DNA of 19,868 nucleotides from Opitutales bacterium (GTDB lineage Bacteria > Verrucomicrobiota > Verrucomicrobiia > Opitutales > Coraliomargaritaceae), in contig JBMYNR010000030.1 in assembly GCA_049598495.1 (NCBI GenBank), forward strand, positions 1 to 19,868, in the 5' to 3' direction. The notes under the pieces are model-generated. The model was given only the letters and a program-made list of their open reading frames with translations, ran no database searches and was not told the origin of the DNA. Positions within the stretch are counted from its first letter, which is position 1. Each line of letters starts with the position of its first letter. Of this stretch, positions 1-7,308 are shown one piece after another. Position numbers and translations under genes: made by a program.

Positions 1-87
1 TGCGCCAGCAAGGTCGACGGACGAGCGCCTCCGTCTGTTCGGAGCTCTTCAAACGTCGACGCGACTGAAGTCGCATCGCTACACCCG
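1..87 (+). repeat. Partial REP-doublet unit, same family as the 104-bp tandem array at the right end
   Basis: Aligns without gaps to 19706-19792 (15 mismatches in 87 nt by hand count). Positions 54-82 read GTAGCGATGCGAC-TTCA-GTCGCGTCGACG on the minus strand, a GTAG-tailed hairpin. Confidence 0.85.
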
Positions 88-208
88 CCCGACGAACGTC
101 CGAAGGACTTGGCTTCTCTGAAGAAGCGTTTTTCAACCGCTCAAACTTCGCTAAAACTGAAGGGTGTGCATCGCCGCCCAACATATATCACAATCCTTAA
201 AAAAGAGA

Positions 209-237
209 TGGACTTGGCTACCCTGCAAACCTAGTTT
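209..237 (+). promoter_or_regulatory. Possible sigma70-type promoter for the pilin-like gene
   Basis: TGGACT-17 nt-TAGTTT about 65 nt upstream of ATG 302. Imperfect consensus match only. Confidence 0.3.
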
Positions 238-301
238 GTCCATTGTCTCGTCACATAGCCTCCATTTTGGAATGGGCGATCATCCCAGAAAGTTTATATC
301 T

Positions 302-1015
302 ATGAAAACTAAATCCACCCCACGTTCAGGCTTCACCCTGATCGAACTGCTCACTGTTATCGCGATTATCGGTATCCTTGCCGCAATCCTTATTCCTGCG
401 GTTGGTAAAGTTAGAGAAGTTGCTAATAAATCGAAATCTGCATCGAATATGCGGTCTATTGCTGTCTCCTATGCGACCTACTCTACATCAGGAGGTCGCG
501 TAAAGACGCTGAACGGGGCAAAGATGACTGCCGATCCCGACGTAACTCTCAGTGACGTAGCCGGTGTTGCACAGTTTTTGGCCAAACAAGCCGACCTCAC
601 TGATGCTTCCATCTGGATAATTGGCTCCGACCCTGCGGTGGCTGACTATGCCAACGAGCTTCCGGCCATCATCGGTTTCCGCGACTCAGATAATGCGTTC
701 CAAACCGCAGAACTCTGGGTGCAGGCAGTACCCGTAGGATATGACTTCGCCATTGGTGTGAGTGGGAATGCACCGACTTCTACAACACCGCTACTATGGA
801 CCCGTGGCCTAACTACCTCGGGAACTTGGGGCGTCAACTCACCATGGGGACTGGGTGGGCACATTGCCTACCTTGATGGGCACGTTAGCTTCTATAACGA
901 ACTTGGAACCGAAGACGGGCAACTTGTAGACCCCGACACCGGAACCCTGACCGTAAACATACAGGACGTTCATGACAGCGCGAATATCATGAAAGCACCT
1001 GACTACGGTGGATAA
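302..1015 (+). CDS. Type IV pilin-like / prepilin-type N-terminal cleavage-methylation protein with C-terminal xDGHV (H-X9-DG-type) motif
   Basis: MKTKSTPRSG|FTLIELLTVIAIIGILAAILIP has a basic leader, a G|F cleavage site, Glu5 and a hydrophobic helix. C-terminal GGHIAYLDGHV. ATG 302 is preferred over GTG 164 because it gives a typical short class III leader. Confidence 0.92.
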   Translation: MKTKSTPRSGFTLIELLTVIAIIGILAAILIPAVGKVREVANKSKSASNMRSIAVSYATYSTSGGRVKTLNGAKMTADPDVTLSDVAGVAQFLAKQADLTDASIWIIGSDPAVADYANELPAIIGFRDSDNAFQTAELWVQAVPVGYDFAIGVSGNAPTSTTPLLWTRGLTTSGTWGVNSPWGLGGHIAYLDGHVSFYNELGTEDGQLVDPDTGTLTVNIQDVHDSANIMKAPDYGG

Positions 1016-1043
1016 TCACATTACTACTTCCCAACAGCTTTCC

Positions 1044-1075
1044 AAACCCCAGCCATCCGGCTGGGGTTTTTCTTT
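1044..1075 (+). terminator. Rho-independent terminator
   Basis: AAACCCCAGCC-ATCC-GGCTGGGGTTT stem-loop followed by TTCTTT, about 30 nt after the pilin stop. Confidence 0.9.
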
Positions 1076-1136
1076 GTGTGAATTGCCATCAATTTGAAGT
1101 TGTTTAATAAGTGCAGAGTATTTTACCTACGTGGCT

Positions 1137-2804
1137 ATGCCCAACCCAATCTACATATTTGGCCATAAGAACCCGGATGCCGATGCCATCTGCTCTGCCA
1201 TCGGATATGAAGCATTCAAGCACGCCACCGGTCAGAGCGAATACATTGCCGCCCGCTGCGGAAATTCCAATGCTCGGGTCGATGCCATTCTTGAGCACTT
1301 TCAGACGCCACTGCCCATGTTTATCGGTGATGTCACACCCCGTGTGGTCAACATCATGCAACGAAAAGTGCGCACAGTCACACGTCAGAGTACCTGCGCT
1401 GAAGCACTGGAACTGATCGATAAATACGATGTTCGTGCCCTCCCCGTCGTCGATGAAGCGGGCAAGATCGAAGGCATCGTCTCCATCTTCCAGTTGGGCG
1501 AGTTTTTTATCCCGAAGCCGAAGGAACCCAAGGAAATGCGCCGCGTGCACACAAGCGTACAGTCCATCGTCGATTCTCTCAACGCGAAGGTTCTCAGCGG
1601 CCACAATATGGATGCATGTGAAGACCTCTACGTTCGGATTGGGGCCATGGATATCCGCTCTTTCGGAAACCACCACAAAGAACGGGGACTCCCCTCCGAT
1701 CGTAGCATTATCATTGTCGGCGACCGCTGGGATATCCAGGAGCGCTCCTTGCAACTTGGGGTACGTATGCTGGTTATTACCGGCGATCTGGAGGTGGACG
1801 AGGAAATGATCGAACGCGCCCAAGAGCGGGGAGTCTGCCTCATTGTGAGCCCCTACGATTCAGCGACCACCTCTTGGATTATTCGCACGGCCACTCAAAT
1901 CGATAGCCTCGTCGACCCGGAGGTTAGTTGCTTCGGTCCGGAAGACCGCATTTCCGCGGTCAAACGTCGGATAGCGAGCAATAACGATCCGCTCTATCTG
2001 GTGAAAAACGACGCCGAGCAACTCATTGGTGTCTTTTCAAAGAGCGACATCCTCCGCCCGAGCAAGACACGAATCGCTCTGGTCGACCACAACGAGCTTG
2101 GTCAAGCGGTCAATGGGGCTGAAGAGGTGCAGTTAATGGAGATTGTGGATCACCACCGCTTGGGCAATATACCAACGGAGCAACCGATCCTGTTCATCAA
2201 CCGTCCCGTTGGCTCAACCTGTTCGATTGTGGCCGATCTCTTCAGGACCCACTCACTAAGGCCCGAGCCTAATATCGCAGGCGTTTTGATGGCTGGGATC
2301 ATTTCGGACACGCTCTCGTTAAACAGCCCCACAACGACCGAACTGGAAGGAGAACTCCTCGATTGGCTCAGCCCGATAGCAGGCATCAAGCCGAAGAAAC
2401 TCGCCGATATTATCTTCTCGGCCGGATCGGTTGTGGTGAATAGCAAGCCGGAAGAGGTGATCCGTTCCGACTGTAAAATCTACGACGAAGGCAAGCTGCG
2501 CTACTCCGTCTCTCAAATCGAGGAACTCGGCTTCGACAATTTCTGGAAGAATGAGGAGGCCCTCAACAAAGCGCTTGATAGCTACCGCAACGAAGAGAAT
2601 TTATATTTCAGCTTCCTACTCGTCACGGATATTAATTCGCAGAACTCACTCCTCGTCATTTCAGGAAGCAACGAACTCAAACATGCAGTGAATTACCCTC
2701 AGCGAGGCCAGAGCAACATCTATGAGCTCTCGGGGATCGTAAGCCGTAAGAAACAACTGATCCCTTACACCTCCACGCTCCTGAAGACCATGGGAGTTAT
2801 CTGA
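1137..2804 (+). CDS. ppaC: Mn-dependent family II inorganic pyrophosphatase with CBS-DRTGG-CBS regulatory insert (CBS-PPase)
   Basis: GHKNPDADAICS, DHNE, DHH, SDT and C-terminal SRKKQ motifs. CBS segments (LPVVDEAGKIEGIVS; LIGVFSKSDIL) flank a DRTGG-like segment (IIVGDRWDIQ...VITG). Alternative GTG start at 1131. Confidence 0.93.
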   Translation: MPNPIYIFGHKNPDADAICSAIGYEAFKHATGQSEYIAARCGNSNARVDAILEHFQTPLPMFIGDVTPRVVNIMQRKVRTVTRQSTCAEALELIDKYDVRALPVVDEAGKIEGIVSIFQLGEFFIPKPKEPKEMRRVHTSVQSIVDSLNAKVLSGHNMDACEDLYVRIGAMDIRSFGNHHKERGLPSDRSIIIVGDRWDIQERSLQLGVRMLVITGDLEVDEEMIERAQERGVCLIVSPYDSATTSWIIRTATQIDSLVDPEVSCFGPEDRISAVKRRIASNNDPLYLVKNDAEQLIGVFSKSDILRPSKTRIALVDHNELGQAVNGAEEVQLMEIVDHHRLGNIPTEQPILFINRPVGSTCSIVADLFRTHSLRPEPNIAGVLMAGIISDTLSLNSPTTTELEGELLDWLSPIAGIKPKKLADIIFSAGSVVVNSKPEEVIRSDCKIYDEGKLRYSVSQIEELGFDNFWKNEEALNKALDSYRNEENLYFSFLLVTDINSQNSLLVISGSNELKHAVNYPQRGQSNIYELSGIVSRKKQLIPYTSTLLKTMGVI

Positions 2805-2835
2805 GAATACTGCGTTAGCAAAACGAACAGAAAGT

Positions 2836-3043
2836 GTCGCCACGGCACTCGCCTGACCTGAGCCAGTCGTAGGTGTTACCGTGCCAGCATGGACGAACGC
2901 CTCAACAGAGTGAGGCGGCTACATCGTCTGGTGTAGCCACGGCACTCCGTTGCCGTGCTTTGCGTTGTTGGCCGGCATGACGCGCGCCTCAACAGATCCG
3001 TCTTCGCTCGAAGAGCTACGCCGGGACATGGTGAGGCGGCTAC
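2836..3043. repeat. BIME/REPIN-like cluster of four GTAG-type REPs (two inverted pairs) between convergent genes
   Basis: L1 2836-2883, R1 2898-2922 (minus strand GTAGCCGCCTCACTCTGTTGAGGCG), L2 2933-2957 (GTAGCCACGGCACTCCGTTGCCGTG), R2 2985-3043. L1 and R2 carry loop insertions. Confidence 0.85.
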
Positions 3044-3070
3044 ATTCCAAAAAATTTCGGAGGCATGATC

Positions 3071-3880
3071 CTACCTACCCTCAAACTCATCGATGAACAA
3101 ATCCGTCCCTGCGTAAAAGGGTGAAAAATCCATCTTCGGATGAAAGCTGCGAAGCGGGAACGGAGACTGCCCGATGAATTTCCACTGGATACCGACGGCT
3201 CTACAAAGCGCGTAGGCCGCCGCAAAATCCCAGACCTTCACCCGGTAGTCGATCACTCCAGTCAGATAGCCAGTAGCCACGTAGGCCGCCGTCAGTGCCC
3301 CACTACCGAAACAGCGCACACGATATTTCGCGAGCATCGAGTTCAAAGGCGACAACTCCTCCTCGGACATCGGGAAATGCAAGCCGATCATCGTCTGCGC
3401 TTCAGCGGCATGAGTATCACGGCTCAGCCGCTTCCGATTCCGGAAGAGGCCGTAGCCCTGACCGCCCTCCAGTAATGAGCCCGAACTGTGGTCGTAGATA
3501 AAACCGTAGACGGGTTCACCGTCCATGAGAAGCGCCAGGGAAATTGCGCAGACGGAGAAACCCAGCGCGTAATTATTGGTGCCATCAATCGGATCGACCA
3601 CCCAAGCGAAGCGTGACTCAAGTTCCAGTTCTTCATCCAGTGGGCTCGCTTCCTCGCTGCAATAATCATCCTCAGGAAAGTCCCGTCTCAACTCGGCGAA
3701 GAGTTTTTCAGAGATCGCAAAGTCGGCGAAGGTTACACGGGTATCATCCTCTTTCCATTCGCTCGAAACCTCGCCGAACTGACGACCAAAAAACGCGATC
3801 TGATGACGCACCGCCACCCGACCCGCATTGATCCGGTGACGTAGTTTTGCTGCCAACTGAGCTTTGATTTGACGGCTCAT
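3071..3880 (-). CDS. Inositol monophosphatase (FIG/SuhB-like) family phosphatase
   Basis: VTFAD, CSEE, WVVDPIDGTNNY, RCFGSGA and WDFAAA motifs. Confidence 0.9.
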   Translation of the reverse strand: MSRQIKAQLAAKLRHRINAGRVAVRHQIAFFGRQFGEVSSEWKEDDTRVTFADFAISEKLFAELRRDFPEDDYCSEEASPLDEELELESRFAWVVDPIDGTNNYALGFSVCAISLALLMDGEPVYGFIYDHSSGSLLEGGQGYGLFRNRKRLSRDTHAAEAQTMIGLHFPMSEEELSPLNSMLAKYRVRCFGSGALTAAYVATGYLTGVIDYRVKVWDFAAAYALCRAVGIQWKFIGQSPFPLRSFHPKMDFSPFYAGTDLFIDEFEGR

Positions 3881-3908
3881 AAATCTAAGGAAAGCGTTTG
3901 AAACGAAA

Positions 3909-3982
3909 GGTAGGGACGCTTGCCCTCAAGTGTCCACACGCCTAGAGAGGTCCGCGAACGGCTGAGGGCAGCCGTCCCTACC
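3909..3982. repeat. Inverted REP doublet (REPIN-like), GTAGGG family
   Basis: GTAGGGACGCTTGCCCTCAAGTGTCC (3910-3935) faces a minus-strand GTAGGGACGGCTGCCCTCAGCCGTTC (3956-3981). Confidence 0.85.
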
Positions 3983-4027
3983 ATAACCCGCGTCATGTTC
4001 ATACTATTGGGATAGAACATAAACGAT

Positions 4028-4855
4028 CTATTCGTTATTAAGAACGTCGGGAAAACTATCCATAGGCTGGAATATCTCCCAGAAAGGAATCTTCAGATCA
4101 CTCTCCAAATCCCGGATCCGCTCCAGAATGATGTTCTTCTGGGCGAAGGGGACATTCGGTAGCCGATCATACAAATCTGTAAGGAAGAGGTAGGCTTTCT
4201 GATCTAGGCCTTGGTTTCTGAGTAACTGACCATAAATGCGTGCGGCGTAATACGGCGCATCATCTTGCTCGGAGGCCTTAAGAAACCAAACGGCGGCATT
4301 GGCATCGTCCTTGAGTCGGTTAAGATAGATCTGACCCTTTTCCAGATAGAGCTTCGCCCGATCCTGGTGAAATTCCAATCCCTTATCAAGGAGCTCCAAG
4401 GCCTGCTCGGACTGCTCCAGATCAATTGCCTGCTGTCGAACCTCGGGAACCGCCTGGTAGCCACCCTCTTCTCGGATCCGCCAGTTCGGCACATCATAAG
4501 CAAGCATTCGACTCCCATTAATCCAGAAAAACTCAGGCCGCGGATCGAGCGTGGTGACGAGTCGAATCATGGGATCTAGTTTTGCGCGATCTTTGCGCTC
4601 CCAAATGGTATTGGCCCGAACCCATAGCAGATCCGCCAAGATGGCACGAAAGCCACCAAGCACACCAACCACGAGCCCCTGACCAAGCGCCCCCTCAATC
4701 GCATCCAGATTCATCTCCGGTTGCCCCGCTTTGATCACATGCCAGGCCGGTGCCTCAATCGGGCGGGTCAATCGGCCTACGAGCAGTAAAATCAACAGGA
4801 TCGCGAAGATCCGGCTGAGTCGTTGCGAGAGCGGATATTGGAGGAATGAAAGCAT
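4028..4855 (-). CDS. Membrane-anchored TPR-like protein, resembling PilG/XapA-type pilus accessory proteins
   Basis: N-terminal hydrophobic helix (IFAILLILLLVG), ADLLWVRA...LVTTLDP segment and TPR-like helices (ALELLDKGLEFH; LYLEKGQIYLNRLKD). Lies downstream of the ABC permease. The ORF is solid; the PilG-like label is pattern recognition. Confidence 0.65.
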   Translation of the reverse strand: MLSFLQYPLSQRLSRIFAILLILLLVGRLTRPIEAPAWHVIKAGQPEMNLDAIEGALGQGLVVGVLGGFRAILADLLWVRANTIWERKDRAKLDPMIRLVTTLDPRPEFFWINGSRMLAYDVPNWRIREEGGYQAVPEVRQQAIDLEQSEQALELLDKGLEFHQDRAKLYLEKGQIYLNRLKDDANAAVWFLKASEQDDAPYYAARIYGQLLRNQGLDQKAYLFLTDLYDRLPNVPFAQKNIILERIRDLESDLKIPFWEIFQPMDSFPDVLNNE

Positions 4856-4904
4856 TCAGAAACTCACGGTTGCCGAGTTCGAAGCCAAGCTACCTCGATT
4901 TGTC

Positions 4905-4930
4905 GTAGGACGCTGGCGATAGCCAGTTTT
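4905..4930 (+). repeat. Single REP (GTAGxACGCTGG family)
   Basis: GTAGGACGCTGGCGATAGCCAGTTTT, closely similar to 5910-5935 and to the minus strand of 11657-11682. Confidence 0.7.
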
Positions 4931-4980
4931 GTCGCGGCAATTAGAGACATACTCATTCAAAAAATCCACGGGGAGCATGG

Positions 4981-5823
4981 CTAAATCTCCCTCCGGTGGA
5001 AGTTCAGTTGAGCCAGCAAAATGAAAGCAACGGTATAAATCAGTCCGTAGCCCGTCATTCGGAAAATCACTGCCAATGGGATCGCCTGCTCGACTTCAAA
5101 AACGAGCTGGTCGCCAATGTTGAATAATTGGAGATTGGGAAAAACGAGCCCTAGGGCCTGAACAAGCATTCGCTCGATCCCTCCCTCCATGCTGGAATAG
5201 GCATCTCGCGCGACATACTGGAGCTGACAGATGATCAACATGAAGAAAGACACGACGATGGTGTAGAGATTCGTGTTCGAGAAGCTCGCGATAAAGAGCG
5301 TGATCGCGGCAAGGATTCCAAACTTCATCCACTGAAGAAATCCGAAAAGGAAAACATCCCCGTATCGAATCAAGGGGCCATCGAGGACCAACTGTTCGCC
5401 CATGCGCGCGACAATCACTGACTCGCGCCAATAAAGTATACCACTTAACACGATGGTAACCACCAGCGTGAAGCAGAGCATAAGCAGGTGCGCCCCCAGG
5501 AATTTGCCCGCCAGGAATTCCAGTTTGTAGACCGGCTTTGCCAGCATGGTGAGTGCCGTCCGGTTCTCGATCTCATTAAAGAACAACTGCGTGGTCGCCG
5601 TAATGGAAAGGATCGAACCGAAGAAAAAAAGCGCACCAAAACCGAAGTCTGTAATAAACTTCAACTCGCCGGTCCCGAAATCAAACTGCTGGAAGAAGGT
5701 GGAACTCGCGACCAAGGCGATCGAAATGAGCAGCAATGAATTGAAAAATTTCTGGCGAACGGCTTCCAGAAAGGTCGTGCCCGCGATCAGGCGAATACGG
5801 GTAAAGGATTCAACTAAAGCCAT
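4981..5823 (-). CDS. ABC-2 type transporter permease (PilI/Xap-like)
   Basis: About six hydrophobic segments; IAGTTFLEAVRQK and EIENRTALTMLAKPV..EFLAGKFLG, the conserved ABC-2 cytoplasmic loop. Start placed at MALVES (5823) because the ORF-track extension to 5991 runs through REP DNA. Confidence 0.88.
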   Translation of the reverse strand: MALVESFTRIRLIAGTTFLEAVRQKFFNSLLLISIALVASSTFFQQFDFGTGELKFITDFGFGALFFFGSILSITATTQLFFNEIENRTALTMLAKPVYKLEFLAGKFLGAHLLMLCFTLVVTIVLSGILYWRESVIVARMGEQLVLDGPLIRYGDVFLFGFLQWMKFGILAAITLFIASFSNTNLYTIVVSFFMLIICQLQYVARDAYSSMEGGIERMLVQALGLVFPNLQLFNIGDQLVFEVEQAIPLAVIFRMTGYGLIYTVAFILLAQLNFHRREI

Positions 5824-5849
5824 ATCGCTGACCTTTCTCCTTTTTGCAC

Positions 5850-6018
5850 CGAACACAGCGGCTCTCGCCGTCGTGCTACCCCGCTTACGAGCGCGCCCAA
5901 ACCAGCACCGCAGAACGCTGGCGATAGCCAGTGTTTCCCCATGCAAGACGTAGCAACCATACCTGACGCCCCAGGCCAGAACAACGAACACAACGGCTTT
6001 CGCCGTCGTGCTACCCCG
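5850..6018. repeat. REP cluster between ABC ATPase and permease genes
   Basis: A 34-nt direct repeat CGAACACA(G/A)CGGCT(C/T)TCGCCGTCGTGCTACCCCG at 5850-5883 and 5985-6018 (minus-strand GTAGCACGACGG REP), with an opposed REP GCAGAACGCTGGCGATAGCCAGTGTT at 5910-5935. Confidence 0.85.
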
Positions 6019-6030
6019 TAAAACCGCATT

Positions 6031-6927
6031 CTAAGAAACATCTCCGGTTCCTTTCTTACCTTGAGCCGCAGTGTATTCGCTCTCGCGCTCATGGACTTCC
6101 TTTAGGAAGAAAGCATCAAGACTCAGGCGCGGTTTTTCCACGCGGGCCAAATGCCCACCCTGCTCGCGGATAGTCGCTTCCACGGCTGCCTTTCCTTCGG
6201 CACTCAAGCCTTGAACAACCAGCGACTCCGCATCCCGCTCCTCGACCAAATCCTCGACCTTACCTTCGCGAATGAGCCGACCACGGTGAAGAATCGCCAC
6301 GCGATCGCAGAGTCCCTCGATCTGGGCCAGCAGGTGCGAAGAAAGCAGGACGGTTTTTCCACGGTTCTTGAGTTCCCGTATAATATCGGCAATCGCCTCT
6401 GCCCCGAGGGGATCGACGCCCGCTGTCGGCTCATCGAGAATGACCAGTTGAGGGTCGTGCACAAGCGCCTGGGCCAAGCCGATCCGCTGAAGCATTCCTT
6501 TGGAGTAGGTTCCGACTCGGCGATCCGCCGCCTCCATCATTCCGACCAAATGGATAACGGAGTCGACTGCCTGATTGATCTCGGGGCGTGGCACCGAACA
6601 GATACGCGCGTAATATCGCACCAGTTCGCGCCCCGTCAGGTAGCGGTAAAAATACGGTGCTTCGGGCAGGAAGCCCACACTGACGCGGGCGCTCACCTGT
6701 TTACTCGGTTTGCCATATATCTCACAGGTCCCGGCCGATGCCTCCAGTAGACCGAGAATAATCTTTATCGTGGTACTCTTACCCGAACCGTTCGGTCCCA
6801 AGAGACCAAAAATCTCGTTGTCGCCGATCTCCAAACAGAGATCCTCGACAGCACGAAGCTTCATACCACGGATTCCAACCGCGAAGTCCTTAGTTAAATG
6901 TTCTATACGAATTGCAGGGCTTCCCAT
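6031..6927 (-). CDS. ABC transporter ATP-binding protein (PilH/XapD-like)
   Basis: Walker A GPNGSGKST, signature YSKGMLQR, Walker B LVILDEPT, H-loop SSH. Confidence 0.93.
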   Translation of the reverse strand: MGSPAIRIEHLTKDFAVGIRGMKLRAVEDLCLEIGDNEIFGLLGPNGSGKSTTIKIILGLLEASAGTCEIYGKPSKQVSARVSVGFLPEAPYFYRYLTGRELVRYYARICSVPRPEINQAVDSVIHLVGMMEAADRRVGTYSKGMLQRIGLAQALVHDPQLVILDEPTAGVDPLGAEAIADIIRELKNRGKTVLLSSHLLAQIEGLCDRVAILHRGRLIREGKVEDLVEERDAESLVVQGLSAEGKAAVEATIREQGGHLARVEKPRLSLDAFFLKEVHERESEYTAAQGKKGTGDVS

Positions 6928-6935
6928 AGTAGCTC

Positions 6936-7217
6936 CTAGTGCTCGATTCGAAAGTTCTCCACCATGCGGGCCCCAAATCCCGTCTTCACTTCAGTCTCAC
7001 GAATATAGTCTCTCAACTCCGACTCCACTTCCTTTTGAAATTCATTGACCTCCGATTCGTCTCCCTCCGCATACAGGTGAACACGCCCATCTGCCAGATT
7101 CTTGACAAATCCCGTGACTTCGAAGCCCTTCGCAACGCCAACGGTCTGATAACGAAAGCCCACTCCTTGGACATGACCCTCAAACCAACAGTTCAACTGA
7201 AAAACACGATTTTCCAT
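6936..7217 (-). CDS. acyP: Acylphosphatase
   Basis: GHVQGVGFRY and GFVKNLADGRV signature motifs; 93 aa. Confidence 0.93.
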   Translation of the reverse strand: MENRVFQLNCWFEGHVQGVGFRYQTVGVAKGFEVTGFVKNLADGRVHLYAEGDESEVNEFQKEVESELRDYIRETEVKTGFGARMVENFRIEH

Positions 7218-7308
7218 ACACTCTTCAAGGTTCGCAGAAATGCGTTTGTTGCAAGTGCATTAGAACCTTGTCTCTCCCAATTTTCGAATCTGAGATCGCT
7301 TCACCGAA

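Noticed and set aside
164..301. 46-aa N-terminal extension of the pilin from GTG 164
   Set aside because: ATG 302 gives a normal prepilin leader, and the extension covers likely promoter DNA.
1104..1823. 239-aa minus-strand ORF
   Set aside because: Antisense to the well-supported pyrophosphatase; no motifs.
5824..5991. 56-aa N-terminal extension of the ABC permease, and ORF 5814-6092
   Set aside because: Both translate REP repeat DNA; family-like sequence begins at MALVES.
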